A DNA stretch of 64,000 nucleotides from assembly GCA_964344285.1 (NCBI GenBank), contig CAYFMM010000002.1, positions 72-64,071 of the forward strand. Reading direction: 5' to 3'. Made by a program: the position numbers and the translations under genes. Below are positions 1-9,275 of the stretch, one piece after another (the stretch's first letter is position 1; each line of letters opens with the position of its first letter). The notes below the pieces were generated by a model. It had not been told where the DNA came from and did not search any database. It saw nothing but the letters and a program-made list of their open reading frames with translations. The DNA comes from an uncultured Methanosarcinales archaeon. Lineage in GTDB: Archaea; Nanobdellota; Nanobdellia; Woesearchaeales; GW2011-AR9.

Positions 1-9
1 ATAGGCTTT

Positions 10-453
10 ATGATGCGTCAATTATATCAAGGAATAGCTACAATTGCAACTGCTCTAACACTAGCGTCAGGATGTAAAATTATCCCTACTGTCAGACCAT
101 GGGATGAGAAAGAGTTAGTAGACCGAATTTTGAATGAAGAGAATGCGCGAAAGGTTTGTTTTAAAGATCAGAAGGGAACAAAATACGAAGTCTCCAGAGA
201 GAGAGAAGGGGTTGCTTACTCAGTTGACCATACTAACGGGACTGGAGTGATTATTTATGATAAAGACAATAACGGTTTAGGCGGAGACGGAGATAGAGTT
301 TCAATTACAATAAGAGTAGGCTATTCAGCTCAAGAGATTGTAGGAAAAGCAACAGGAGAAGGTGGGTTTAACTCAGTACCGTACCATATAGCAAGAGATA
401 TTGATAAATTACGCAAAGACTCAAAGAATAAATGTAAACCAACTGTTCTTTAA
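10..453 (+). CDS. Hypothetical secreted lipoprotein (signal peptide + 'LASGC' lipobox-like motif)
   Basis: ORF track 147 aa. N-terminal hydrophobic signal region ends in ASGC; no recognisable catalytic motifs. Confidence 0.4.
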   Translation: MMRQLYQGIATIATALTLASGCKIIPTVRPWDEKELVDRILNEENARKVCFKDQKGTKYEVSREREGVAYSVDHTNGTGVIIYDKDNNGLGGDGDRVSITIRVGYSAQEIVGKATGEGGFNSVPYHIARDIDKLRKDSKNKCKPTVL

Positions 454-469
454 ATTTTTTAAGAAAATA

Positions 470-535
470 AAAAAAGAATCCTGCCCGAGAATTCGTACAC
501 AGGGGGTGGTGTAACAAGAAGAGTACGGGCAAGAT
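470..535. terminator. Imperfect hairpin (tcctgcccg ... cgggcaaga) between convergent genes
   Basis: Inverted repeat with one mismatch in the 3' intergenic region shared by the lipoprotein ORF (+) and ftsZ (-). Loop is long (~38 nt), so this is weak. Confidence 0.2.
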
Positions 536-587
536 TTTTGAATGGAACTTAGGAGCAAACACTCTGCTCCCACGAACTATTAAACAC

Positions 588-1655
588 CTAAACCAACTCG
601 ATTCCTAGCTCCTGACTTAAGGATTGGGCACGTTGCTCGGTTTTCTTTTGATCCATTTTGCCCAGGATCCAAGGAGAGTTAACACCTGTAATGATTGTCA
701 TTACAGTCATTTTTCCTTTCATTTCATCCATAACACGAGCTCCCCAGATTACATTTGCATCATCATCTAAGGATTCTGTTACAAGTTCACCGATTCTAGA
801 TACTTCATCTAGTGTCATGTCTGGTCCACCAGTAATGTGGATTAGTGCTCCGGTTGCTCCTTCGTAGTTGATATCAAGTAAAGGATTGGATAATGCTCCT
901 TTTACTGCTTCATCTACTCTGTTGTTTGTATCTGAGCTTCCTACACCGATAGCTGCAACACCACCGTTGGACATGATTGCTTTTACGTCAGCATAATCTA
1001 AGTTTACTAAGGAAGGAACTGCAATTGTTTCTACAATACCTTTGATCATTGTTGCAATTAGTTCGTTTGCAACAGCAAATGCTTGCTGAATAGGTAAGTT
1101 TCCTGCAATTTGAACTAGTCTGTTGTTATCAATTACAATTACTGTGTCAGTTACTTGTCTTAGTTGTTGTAAACCAAATTCTGCTTTATCGCATCTTGCT
1201 CTTTCAATGTTAAACGGCATGGTAACTGTTCCGATTACAATTGCACCTGTATCTTTTGCAACTTGTGCTACTACTGGAGCTGCACCTGTTCCGGTTCCTC
1301 CACCCATACCAGCACATACAAATACCATGTCTGATGTTTTAAGAGCTTCTTTAATTTGCATTAATGATTCTTGTGCAGCTTCTGCTCCTCTTGATGGGAA
1401 TCCTCCACATCCTAGACCTCTTGTACATTCTTTTCCAATTAAGAACTTACGATCTGCACCTGTAATATTCAAGTGTTGATGATCTGTGTTTGTAGCAATG
1501 ATTTCTGCGCCTTTAACGCCTTTTTTGTATAACCATCCTACCATATTGTTACCAGCGCCACCTACACCAATAACCTTAATGTTTGCCTGACTCATGTTTT
1601 CGAAGTCATTTTCAGCCGGCATGCTTTCCAATGCTTTTTCCACAACAAATTCCAT
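588..1655 (-). CDS. ftsZ: Cell division GTPase FtsZ
   Basis: Tubulin/FtsZ signature GGGTGTG (in '...CAGMGGGTGTGAAPVVAQVAKDTGAIVIGTVTMPF') and N-terminal GVGGAGNN nucleotide-binding motif. 355 aa, typical length. Confidence 0.9.
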   Translation of the reverse strand: MEFVVEKALESMPAENDFENMSQANIKVIGVGGAGNNMVGWLYKKGVKGAEIIATNTDHQHLNITGADRKFLIGKECTRGLGCGGFPSRGAEAAQESLMQIKEALKTSDMVFVCAGMGGGTGTGAAPVVAQVAKDTGAIVIGTVTMPFNIERARCDKAEFGLQQLRQVTDTVIVIDNNRLVQIAGNLPIQQAFAVANELIATMIKGIVETIAVPSLVNLDYADVKAIMSNGGVAAIGVGSSDTNNRVDEAVKGALSNPLLDINYEGATGALIHITGGPDMTLDEVSRIGELVTESLDDDANVIWGARVMDEMKGKMTVMTIITGVNSPWILGKMDQKKTEQRAQSLSQELGIELV

Positions 1656-1789
1656 ATTTTACACCACCTTTTATAGTTTAGTTTTTTGTTCACCCCCTCT
1701 TGGGTGCCCGTGTCGTGTCATGTTTAACACATAACTATTATATTTGAAACTATGTTTTACAGCATATAAAATATTATATACTAGTTTAA

Positions 1790-1975
1790 CATTCTACTTT
1801 CTAGAAGTCACCAACTTCGAAACCAAACAAACCAATACCAAGAAACCAAAATCTAATTTAGATCGTTACCAGCGAACTAAATTTACCAAACCTAATTTGT
1901 AATAATCTTGAAAACGGGTACCAAACCGTTTCAAACACCCAAACCTAATTTTAGTAAATCTATTTGAGTATTTAA
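1790..1975. repeat. Non-coding region rich in ACCAAAC/CCAAACCTAATTT direct repeats and an aaacgg/ccgttt hairpin, upstream of ftsZ
   Basis: 'accaaac' variants recur at least 6 times. 'caaacctaattt' occurs twice, near 1877 and 1950. A perfect 6-bp inverted repeat (aaacgg gtaccaaa ccgttt) lies near 1913-1932. Confidence 0.4.
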
Positions 1976-2025
1976 ATATTTCTATTCAGAAGAATATAAT
2001 TTTTCTCATAAAAGATTCGAGAAAA

Positions 2026-2766
2026 TCACTCTTTTTTTTGTAAAGATTCTTTTGCTTTACCGACGACAAACTTAGCAGTTTCTTTAAGCGGCTGTGTTGC
2101 TGCATGTGCCTTTCTTGCAAGAATTGACGCAACATCACCCATATATTTTGCAGGGTCACGTAATTTACTTCTCCACCCACCCAAGTACGTAACTGTCTCC
2201 AAAGGATATTTTGGAGGCCTTGGAGGCACTTCTTTAGGATGCCCTACAACAATAATTGCCTGAGGCCTTATTTCTTCAGGGATGCCACAAATAGATTTGA
2301 TTGCTTCTTCATCAAAAGCGCCAATCCAAGTACTGCCAAGGCCTAAAGAATGGGCTTCTAAGAGCATATTTTGTGCTGCAGCCGCACAGTTTTGAATAGT
2401 ATAAAGACGCTCACCACGCAGGCCATAGTAACGCTCTGCCTTTTCAGGTTCAGCACAAATCACTATATGTGCTGCTGCTGGAGCAATGTCGTATTGTTCA
2501 TGACATGCTTCTGCAATAGCTTGTCTTTGTGCTGGTTTAAAGCAAACAATAAACTTCCAATTCTGAATATTCCCACAACTTGGAGCATGTCTTCCTGCAT
2601 CAATTACCCGTGCAATTTTCTCCCAGGAGACAAATTTATCTTGGTAATGTTTGATTGTTCTTCTTGATTTAATTAAATCTAGGATATCCGACATAAGTAA
2701 AACGAATGATTTAGAGTATTTATATGTTACTTTTTTATGATTATAAGTGGGGTCAGCAGCGCCCAT
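2026..2766 (-). CDS. Nitroreductase-family oxidoreductase
   Basis: N-terminus 'SRRTIKHYQDKFVSWEKIARVIDAGRHAPSCGNIQNWKFIV' matches the nitroreductase (NADH/FMN oxidoreductase) fold pattern. A C-terminal ~40 aa extension follows. Confidence 0.7.
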   Translation of the reverse strand: MGAADPTYNHKKVTYKYSKSFVLLMSDILDLIKSRRTIKHYQDKFVSWEKIARVIDAGRHAPSCGNIQNWKFIVCFKPAQRQAIAEACHEQYDIAPAAAHIVICAEPEKAERYYGLRGERLYTIQNCAAAAQNMLLEAHSLGLGSTWIGAFDEEAIKSICGIPEEIRPQAIIVVGHPKEVPPRPPKYPLETVTYLGGWRSKLRDPAKYMGDVASILARKAHAATQPLKETAKFVVGKAKESLQKKE

Positions 2767-2949
2767 CGAGGTGCATTACGTACAAACCAAAAACCCAAAT
2801 TAAAAAGACGTAATAAGAGGCACCGTGCTCTGCTGACCCAAAAAAGAGCTCAAATTTCTTATTTGAAATGAGATTTCATTTTTGAAAATTAATTCCAAAA
2901 GAGAAATGCATATAAACCCACAGTAAATTTCTTAGCATAGGGTGAAAGG

Positions 2950-3468
2950 ATGTATAAACAAGAATTATTAACAGAATTAATCGATAGTAAAATTGCAGCA
3001 GTTCTTAGAGTGATGTTAAATGCAAGTGAAGAACTATATCTAAAAGAGATTTCCACCAAAAGCAATGTGCCCATCACATCAGTATTTCGAATTTTGAATC
3101 AACTAGTAGAAATGGACGTGCTTGAAAAGAAAGAGTGGAAAAACAGCAAAGTCTACAAGTGCAAGCAAAACGAGAGAGTTGATTTTCTCAAAGAATTATT
3201 CCATGAAGAATTTGATGGAGTTAGGGTGTTTTTAGATCAAGTTAGAGAGATGAGTAGTGTCTCAAGTGTGATCATGCAAGGAGAAAGGAGCAAGGATCGA
3301 GCTAATGTGCTTTTAATTGGCCAAAATATCAATGTTGAAAAAGTAGACAGTATTTGTGATGAGTTACGCAGACACAACTTTGACCTAAGTTATTTGACAC
3401 TTACAAAAGAGCAGTATGAACAGATGTCAAGAATGGGCATGTATACTAAAGGACATAAAATTTCGTAG
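2950..3468 (+). CDS. Winged-helix transcriptional regulator (MarR/TrmB-like N-terminal HTH)
   Basis: N-terminal 'LLTELIDSKIAAVLRVMLNASEELYLKEISTKSNVPITSVFRILNQLVEMDVLEKKEW' has a typical wHTH layout. Confidence 0.5.
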   Translation: MYKQELLTELIDSKIAAVLRVMLNASEELYLKEISTKSNVPITSVFRILNQLVEMDVLEKKEWKNSKVYKCKQNERVDFLKELFHEEFDGVRVFLDQVREMSSVSSVIMQGERSKDRANVLLIGQNINVEKVDSICDELRRHNFDLSYLTLTKEQYEQMSRMGMYTKGHKIS

Positions 3469-3603
3469 AAAATTTAAGCCCTTTATATATACAAAAGGCG
3501 CAAAATTCGGATGGAATTCTTGAGTCTTTTGGCATATGCCGGTGAGAAAAAAGTGTTGAGATGAGGCCAGAGTTCTTTTAAAGAAAACGCTTTTTAAAAA
3601 CCC

Positions 3604-4119
3604 ATGCAAGTTAGAAAGTTTCAAAAAAGAGATTTAAGTGAGATCAAAGAAGTTTTCACGAGTTCATTCTTTAAACCCGATGAGAGGAGATACGCACCAC
3701 CGCATATAACAAAATTAGAAGAAGATCTAAGAGAAGACGATTGTGTTGTTGCAGAAAATGGAAGCACATACGCAGGTTTAGTATTAACATCTTATTTTAG
3801 AGGAGATGCCTTTCCAGAAAACTATGTTGCAAGAGAAGTGATGAGACAACTCAGGGAAAAAGGCAAACCAGAGGTGAATCCAAGTGACAAAGTTGCATAC
3901 TTCCATTGTTTGGGCGTTGAACCAAGATTTAGAGAAAAGGGCATCGGGACTTTGTTAGTTTCAAAGGCAATAGAACAAGCAAGAGAAAAAGAGGCTTCAT
4001 TAGGCATCGTTGAGTGTGTAGAAAGCTCAAGAAGCTTGTTTATGAGAAATGGATTTACACCGTTTTATGAAAGATACACAGGAGAACATAGGATTACTTA
4101 CCAGGCGATGAAATTTTAG
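3604..4119 (+). CDS. GNAT-family N-acetyltransferase
   Basis: Acetyl-CoA binding motif 'YFHCLGVEPRFREKGIGTLLVSKAIEQA' (Q/RxxGxG/A pattern). Confidence 0.7.
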   Translation: MQVRKFQKRDLSEIKEVFTSSFFKPDERRYAPPHITKLEEDLREDDCVVAENGSTYAGLVLTSYFRGDAFPENYVAREVMRQLREKGKPEVNPSDKVAYFHCLGVEPRFREKGIGTLLVSKAIEQAREKEASLGIVECVESSRSLFMRNGFTPFYERYTGEHRITYQAMKF

Positions 4120-4163
4120 TTTTCTTAATAATTATTTTAAAGTAGATGGGTTTTTGAAGGAAT

Positions 4164-4790
4164 ATGTTAATGGTAGTACCATATGAAGACCAACACAGAA
4201 GCCAGATGCGAGACATTTTTGAAGCATCATTCTTAAGCCCCCTAGATGAAAGAAGAGAAGCAAAAAGGATTAAACAATGCAGAGATTCATTTGAATCACT
4301 ATTTAAAAATAGAAGGAATAGAGGATATGTTGCAAAAAGATTATACACTGAAAGAGTTGAAGGAGTTGGATTTGTGACAGTCAAGGAGTTTGGAGAAAAA
4401 ACTGCCATTCAACCATTTATGGGCCACTTAGAAGATACAGTGAAGTTTGCAAGAGAAGCATTAGAAGAAAGGAAAAGTTCAATTAGTAGTGGCAATGTAG
4501 AATATAGAAACATTAATCCAGACGCACCACTTCCAAGAGAAGGAGAAAAGATAGGATATTTTCACACATTAGCTGTGGATCCAAAAGTTAGAAGAAGAGG
4601 AGTTGGCATGAATTTAATAAGCGGAAAATTAGAAGCATCTAAGATCTTTGGAGCAAAGGTAGGGATCGTTAGTTGCACTCAAGATTCAGGGAGCGAAAAT
4701 ATTTTTGAGGCATTAGGATTTGTTAGAGCGTTCACATATAAACAAGAAGGACAGGAATATAGATACATGACTAAAAGATTTACAGAATAA
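4164..4790 (+). CDS. GNAT-family N-acetyltransferase (tandem paralog)
   Basis: 'YFHTLAVDPKVRRRGVGMNLISGKLEA' motif parallels the upstream GNAT. Confidence 0.65.
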   Translation: MLMVVPYEDQHRSQMRDIFEASFLSPLDERREAKRIKQCRDSFESLFKNRRNRGYVAKRLYTERVEGVGFVTVKEFGEKTAIQPFMGHLEDTVKFAREALEERKSSISSGNVEYRNINPDAPLPREGEKIGYFHTLAVDPKVRRRGVGMNLISGKLEASKIFGAKVGIVSCTQDSGSENIFEALGFVRAFTYKQEGQEYRYMTKRFTE

Positions 4791-4988
4791 ACATAACCAA
4801 AGACGTTAATACTAAAATAAGCCCTAAGCCAATTGTAGGATAAGAGATTTGTTCTCCAAGACTAAGATTTTTGAAGTTTTTTAATTTGCTAAGAACAAAG
4901 TTTGTAAAATTATTAAGTTTAAGATTAATAGTATTAAGTGATTGTTTGAAATCCATAAAAAAAAGGTAAAGAAAAAGAGTATAAAAAT

Positions 4989-5429
4989 CTATTGTTCTGC
5001 TGGTTTTTCCTGCGCTTTTTCTTCTGCAGGTGCTTCACCCAAAGGAGCTGCTCCTGCCTTAGTAACTTTAAGATTTACTTGACGAATGATTTTTGTGATC
5101 ATTTCACCACACACAGTTCTTCTTCGAACTAAACCTTTTTGGTCTTTTCGAGTTGGTTTTTTACCTACTTTTCTTTTTTTACCGCAAAAGCCCACACTTT
5201 TTCCAATTAAGATTCTTTTACGTGGTTCTTGAACTCCTTTTCTCATAGGAAAACCACATTTGTCTGAACCGCCTGTGATTACAAATTCATACCCAGGGAA
5301 ACCCAGTTCATCTCCAGAAACTGTTTGGTTAATGCGTTTTTTTAATAATGCATCTGCGTGTGCATCTTTTAATTCAATTTGATGGGTTTTTCCATCTGTA
5401 TTTCCAATAACTGCTTTAAATTCAACCAT
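4989..5429 (-). CDS. rps6e: 30S ribosomal protein S6e
   Basis: 'GFPGYEFVITGGSDKCGFPMRKGV...RILIGKSVGFCGKKRKVGKKPTRKDQKGLVRRRTVCG' matches the S6e family, which occurs only in archaea and eukaryotes. Acidic low-complexity C-terminal tail. Confidence 0.85.
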   Translation of the reverse strand: MVEFKAVIGNTDGKTHQIELKDAHADALLKKRINQTVSGDELGFPGYEFVITGGSDKCGFPMRKGVQEPRKRILIGKSVGFCGKKRKVGKKPTRKDQKGLVRRRTVCGEMITKIIRQVNLKVTKAGAAPLGEAPAEEKAQEKPAEQ

Positions 5430-5600
5430 TTTTATTCTCCCCGAGGTTAAAGTCGGCTTCTTCTTGCCAACACATCTTGTTGATGACCTCAGCTAAGGTT
5501 TATTTTAGAGGATTATTTATAAAGATTTTGGTGGAAGATATTAAGAATTAGTTTATAGCACAAGCTAGTAGTAAGCCAGCGAAAAGTGCATCTTTTTATT

Positions 5601-5774
5601 GTTGTAAACTTTGCAGTTCATTCTGTAATGTCTGATGCTGTTCTTTTAAGGAAACAAGTTTTTGTTTTTTGAATTCATTGATCTGATTTCTACTTGCGTC
5701 CCATTCAAGTGGCTTGATACTACGCTCTAAGGAGAAGAGCTGTTCTTGTAGTTCAAGGATACGTTCTTTTGACA
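5601..5774 (-). CDS. Possible small coiled-coil protein (57 aa), not in the supplied ORF track
   Basis: My own minus-strand translation from the ATG at 5774-5772 gives MSKERILELQEQLFSLERSIKPLEWDASRNQINEFKKQKLVSLKEQHQTLQNELQSLQQ*. Uninterrupted and heptad-like, lying upstream of rps6e. Confidence 0.25.
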
Positions 5775-5862
5775 TAAGTAGAGTATATGTATTGAATTAT
5801 ATAAATATTTAGGGACAAATGAGCTGAATTGAATAAAATTAAGAACATAGACAAAGACCAAC

Positions 5863-6339
5863 TCAAGGAGCTAGCCTATATTCCCGCACAGTATATTTTT
5901 CTTTAAGAGCAGCAATAACATCTTCCCAGGCCATATCGCTTACAACCACATTCACACCCTCAGCAATTTGAGAAGGCTTAAGATCCATTAAGATGTCAGC
6001 TTCTAACATCCCCACTAAGAGGGAAGTCCTAGTAGTTTGAGGATGCCAACGATTCAAGTGAGAAGTTGTGTTTTCTTCATCAACTACGACTTGCAGTTCC
6101 CCCTCCCCGAATTCTGAATTATAGGGTCCTAAAGACACATAAGGCATTGAAGATGGTTTAGGAGACAGATCAGATCTACCTTCCATGTAAATTACATTAA
6201 AACCTTTTGAGTTCAAATAATTAACTTCCCCTGAATGCAAGATTATTGGGCCAGTGTTAGAAGGGTCTAACGCCTCAGGATGTACTGTTCTAAAAGAGTA
6301 ATTAGAATCCAAAGGGTTTGTTATTAGTTTTTCTTCCAT
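5863..6339 (-). CDS. Hypothetical protein
   Basis: 158-aa ORF with no motif I can place confidently. Confidence 0.4.
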   Translation of the reverse strand: MEEKLITNPLDSNYSFRTVHPEALDPSNTGPIILHSGEVNYLNSKGFNVIYMEGRSDLSPKPSSMPYVSLGPYNSEFGEGELQVVVDEENTTSHLNRWHPQTTRTSLLVGMLEADILMDLKPSQIAEGVNVVVSDMAWEDVIAALKEKYTVREYRLAP

Positions 6340-6431
6340 TTTAATTAGAAATCATCTTTTTTTTAAAAATTTAACCTGCATATATTTACTATATAGCCAA
6401 GTGTTTTAAGCCAATGGAAGAAAATTAAAGT

Positions 6432-6776
6432 ATGAATGAAATATTTTTGAAAAAAAGCGCATTTATTGTGATGACCATTGGGCTTGTTAGTTTGTTTTTA
6501 TATTCTGAGAGTATTGAACTCGAGAGCGTGACTATAATAGATGAGATTCCAGCCGAGGAGGTTGTAAAGATGCAGGGGACAGTAAAAAAGATTTCACAAC
6601 AAGAAAATGTTTTATTTCTCACATTACAAGGATTTCAAGAAGTAGAGACAGAAGCAATTTTGTTTACAGATAAAGAGATTAGGCTACAAGAAGGCGATTT
6701 TATAGAAGTGCAAGGAGAAGTTGAAGAATATAGAGGAGAAAAAGAAGTGATTGTGAATTGGATTAAGAAAAATTAA
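6432..6776 (+). CDS. Small membrane-anchored protein with probable OB-fold-like domain
   Basis: N-terminal hydrophobic anchor 'SAFIVMTIGLVSLFLY' followed by ~80 aa of beta-strand-rich sequence. A 4-nt stop/stop convergent overlap with the kinase gene. Confidence 0.35.
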   Translation: MNEIFLKKSAFIVMTIGLVSLFLYSESIELESVTIIDEIPAEEVVKMQGTVKKISQQENVLFLTLQGFQEVETEAILFTDKEIRLQEGDFIEVQGEVEEYRGEKEVIVNWIKKN

Positions 6777-8251
6777 GATCTGCGATACAAGAGATGCCTA
6801 TCTTCTCGAAGATGAGTGTCTTGAATGCCGAAAAGTTCAGTATCCATTCTTCCTTCACGATAATTTGCAAACAAGTTCAAAGGGTTTAGCGCACGTGCAA
6901 TTCTTGCAGCGCCATAAAGCCAAGAATTCGAGGAATTATTAGAGCCCCCACCAGAGCTATTCTTTTTTTGTAAAGAAGAATAAAGACCAATTAATTCATC
7001 ACGTAAGGGACGGTCATCTCGTTGCCAAGGAACAGCAGTTGCTTGTAAGAGTGGTTCAAATAAAGGACCATATCCTTTTTCTTCAAGTTTTGCAGCCCAT
7101 CTTGCATGAATCTTATCTTCCTCAGGAAGACGATAATTCAGAGCAGCAAAAGTTGACATCCAACGCACACGTGCATCGCGTCTACCATCACCTTCTTGAG
7201 GTTTGAGCTCAGAAAAAAGCATTTCACCCGTAAGAATTTCATAGACCATTGCTGCAACAGACATTTTATCCGTGTCTTGCCACTCAGCATCTTGCCTATA
7301 TTTTTTGTGTGCATCCATTGCACCATTTACTTTAGGCAAAGACAACACTTCATTCCCTAACGCTGCCAGATAGAGTGTAGGATGAATATTTTCTGGAGCA
7401 GAATATGCAGGAGTCCCCACAATCATCCCGTCATCCATGTTGACTGCAAGATAATCAGCTCTTCGTTGTGCAAAATCTTTCCACTTTATTGTATCTGTAT
7501 CGCCACCTTCCCGAGATAGAATCTCTTCTAATTTTTGAGGGGTTGGCGCCACTTTTGTTGCAATCCCAAAGTCAAATGCAGTAAGATGAGGATTTTTTTT
7601 CTCATCAAAGGAGACAAAGAGATTTTCAGGTTTATAGTCCCTATGAATTATTCCCGCGTCATTCATTGTTTCACGTAATTGTTGAACTTGAATTGCAATT
7701 GCAAGACGTTGAGTTGGACTCAAATCAGTTTCTTTTAAATGATGAGCAAGTGTTTTATCTGCAACATATTCCATCGTGATTGGAAACAGAGGTGCGTTAC
7801 CATCTTCAATTTGGTGAACACGAGTAATTGCAGGATCATCATGCGTCACCCAATTTAAATAACGAGCAAGGTTGAAATCTTGCAAAGCCATTTTACGAGC
7901 TTTTGCAGTTGGTAAAGAAGTATTAGATAACTTTACTGCAAGGCGAGATTCTTCCTCTAATTCCAAGCCATTTTTCTCTAGAAGTAAAACACTTCCAAAA
8001 GCCCCCGCATCTAAAGGTCTTGTACTATATCCTTTTGCTTTAACACTAGCAACATAATGTGACCATGCATCCCGATATCCTGTAGCTGGGGCTGCGATGG
8101 TTTGTGTTTCTCGTGGTGAATTTGCATTTGGTTGCACGCGTAAAGACCTCTTAAGAATTTCTAAATCTTGAGGGTCTAAGTCTATTGCTGTTGGTACTGT
8201 TGCTGAAACTTGTCTTAATTGTCCACCATGTCTTCGATTTCGATTATTCAT
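6773..8251 (-). CDS. Eukaryotic-like (Hanks-type) Ser/Thr protein kinase with N- and C-terminal extensions
   Basis: Catalytic loop 'HRDYKPENLF', DFG motif 'FDFGIA' and APE-like 'GTPAYSAPE'. ~200-aa C-terminal extension of unknown function. Confidence 0.8.
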   Translation of the reverse strand: MNNRNRRHGGQLRQVSATVPTAIDLDPQDLEILKRSLRVQPNANSPRETQTIAAPATGYRDAWSHYVASVKAKGYSTRPLDAGAFGSVLLLEKNGLELEEESRLAVKLSNTSLPTAKARKMALQDFNLARYLNWVTHDDPAITRVHQIEDGNAPLFPITMEYVADKTLAHHLKETDLSPTQRLAIAIQVQQLRETMNDAGIIHRDYKPENLFVSFDEKKNPHLTAFDFGIATKVAPTPQKLEEILSREGGDTDTIKWKDFAQRRADYLAVNMDDGMIVGTPAYSAPENIHPTLYLAALGNEVLSLPKVNGAMDAHKKYRQDAEWQDTDKMSVAAMVYEILTGEMLFSELKPQEGDGRRDARVRWMSTFAALNYRLPEEDKIHARWAAKLEEKGYGPLFEPLLQATAVPWQRDDRPLRDELIGLYSSLQKKNSSGGGSNNSSNSWLYGAARIARALNPLNLFANYREGRMDTELFGIQDTHLREDRHLLYRRS

Positions 8252-8405
8252 TTTCCATTACACCATATACTGCATATGCGAGTTTTGGGATAAAAGTGAG
8301 CCAATTATATATCTAACCAATATCTAATATATTTAGTATATCTTTTTAAGACAAAGATATCTTTTTGTCGTAAATTTTATAAAAGACTTAAAGAAACAAA
8401 AAAAC

Positions 8406-9275
8406 ATGAAACGTAAAATCATCAAACAAGCACAAGGATCAAGCACAATTATTTTACCTATCAAATGGATTAGAGAACATAATTTACAGCCAGGAGAAGA
8501 AGTTGAAGTTGATGAAGAAAATGGTAAATTGACGATTCAACCAAGGAAAACAACCGTTGAAAAAAAAGAATTATCCCTAAAAATCCCTGCCTCTGAAGAG
8601 ACATATGTGAGAACAATGATCGTAAATGCATATCGGTCAGGATTTGACATAATCCATGTCCAATATGGTGGAAAAGAAGATACGTTACATGAAATCATTG
8701 ACAAATACTTAATTGGTTTTGAGATGCATATTGTAAAAGAAGGGAATTATACCATAGAAGCCGTGAGTGAGCCGAGCACAAATAATTTTGAAGAAATTTT
8801 ACAACGCCAGTTTCATTCTATAAGCTTAATTGTGTCTAATTTAAATGGAGAAGAATCGGTTGTGATTAAAAATGTACAAAAGGTGCAAAGATACGATAAT
8901 TTTTTGAAAAGGTGTTTATCTAAGCGACGACAAAATAGCCCAGAGCTATGGCAATTATTAAGTAACATCACACAAATTGCAAGAGCTTGTGTACATTGTA
9001 AGAAATTTATAGAAGAGAATGAGATTGTCTTAAAAGAGAGAGTTATGCAAGAACTGACAAGAATGTTTTCTTTACTAAAGCAAGCCTTTTTACGTAAGGA
9101 TATTAGTTATTTACAAGAGCTCCATACACGTGAAAAAGATATCGTGTATAGAGAGGAAGAATTTTCAACGCAACCACAGTTAGCATACTTGATTAAGAAT
9201 CTTGCAAGAGTTATTTACATTGCTGGGAGTCCACTTACAGGATGGATTCACCGAACAAAGTTTCAAACAAAGTGA
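8406..9275 (+). CDS. AbrB/SpoVT-type swapped-hairpin domain fused to a PhoU-like helical domain (putative regulator)
   Basis: N-terminus 'GSSTIILPIKWIREHNLQPGEEVEVDEENGKLTIQPRK' is an AbrB/MazE-type fold. The remainder is helical with PhoU-like periodicity. AbrB+PhoU is a known archaeal architecture, but the assignment is tentative. Confidence 0.45.
   Translation: MKRKIIKQAQGSSTIILPIKWIREHNLQPGEEVEVDEENGKLTIQPRKTTVEKKELSLKIPASEETYVRTMIVNAYRSGFDIIHVQYGGKEDTLHEIIDKYLIGFEMHIVKEGNYTIEAVSEPSTNNFEEILQRQFHSISLIVSNLNGEESVVIKNVQKVQRYDNFLKRCLSKRRQNSPELWQLLSNITQIARACVHCKKFIEENEIVLKERVMQELTRMFSLLKQAFLRKDISYLQELHTREKDIVYREEEFSTQPQLAYLIKNLARVIYIAGSPLTGWIHRTKFQTK

Noticed and set aside
368-1479. ORFs 368..562(-), 658..867(+), 1123..1479(+)
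   Set aside because: They overlap or run antisense to ftsZ or its 3' UTR and have no recognisable features. The ftsZ call explains the region.
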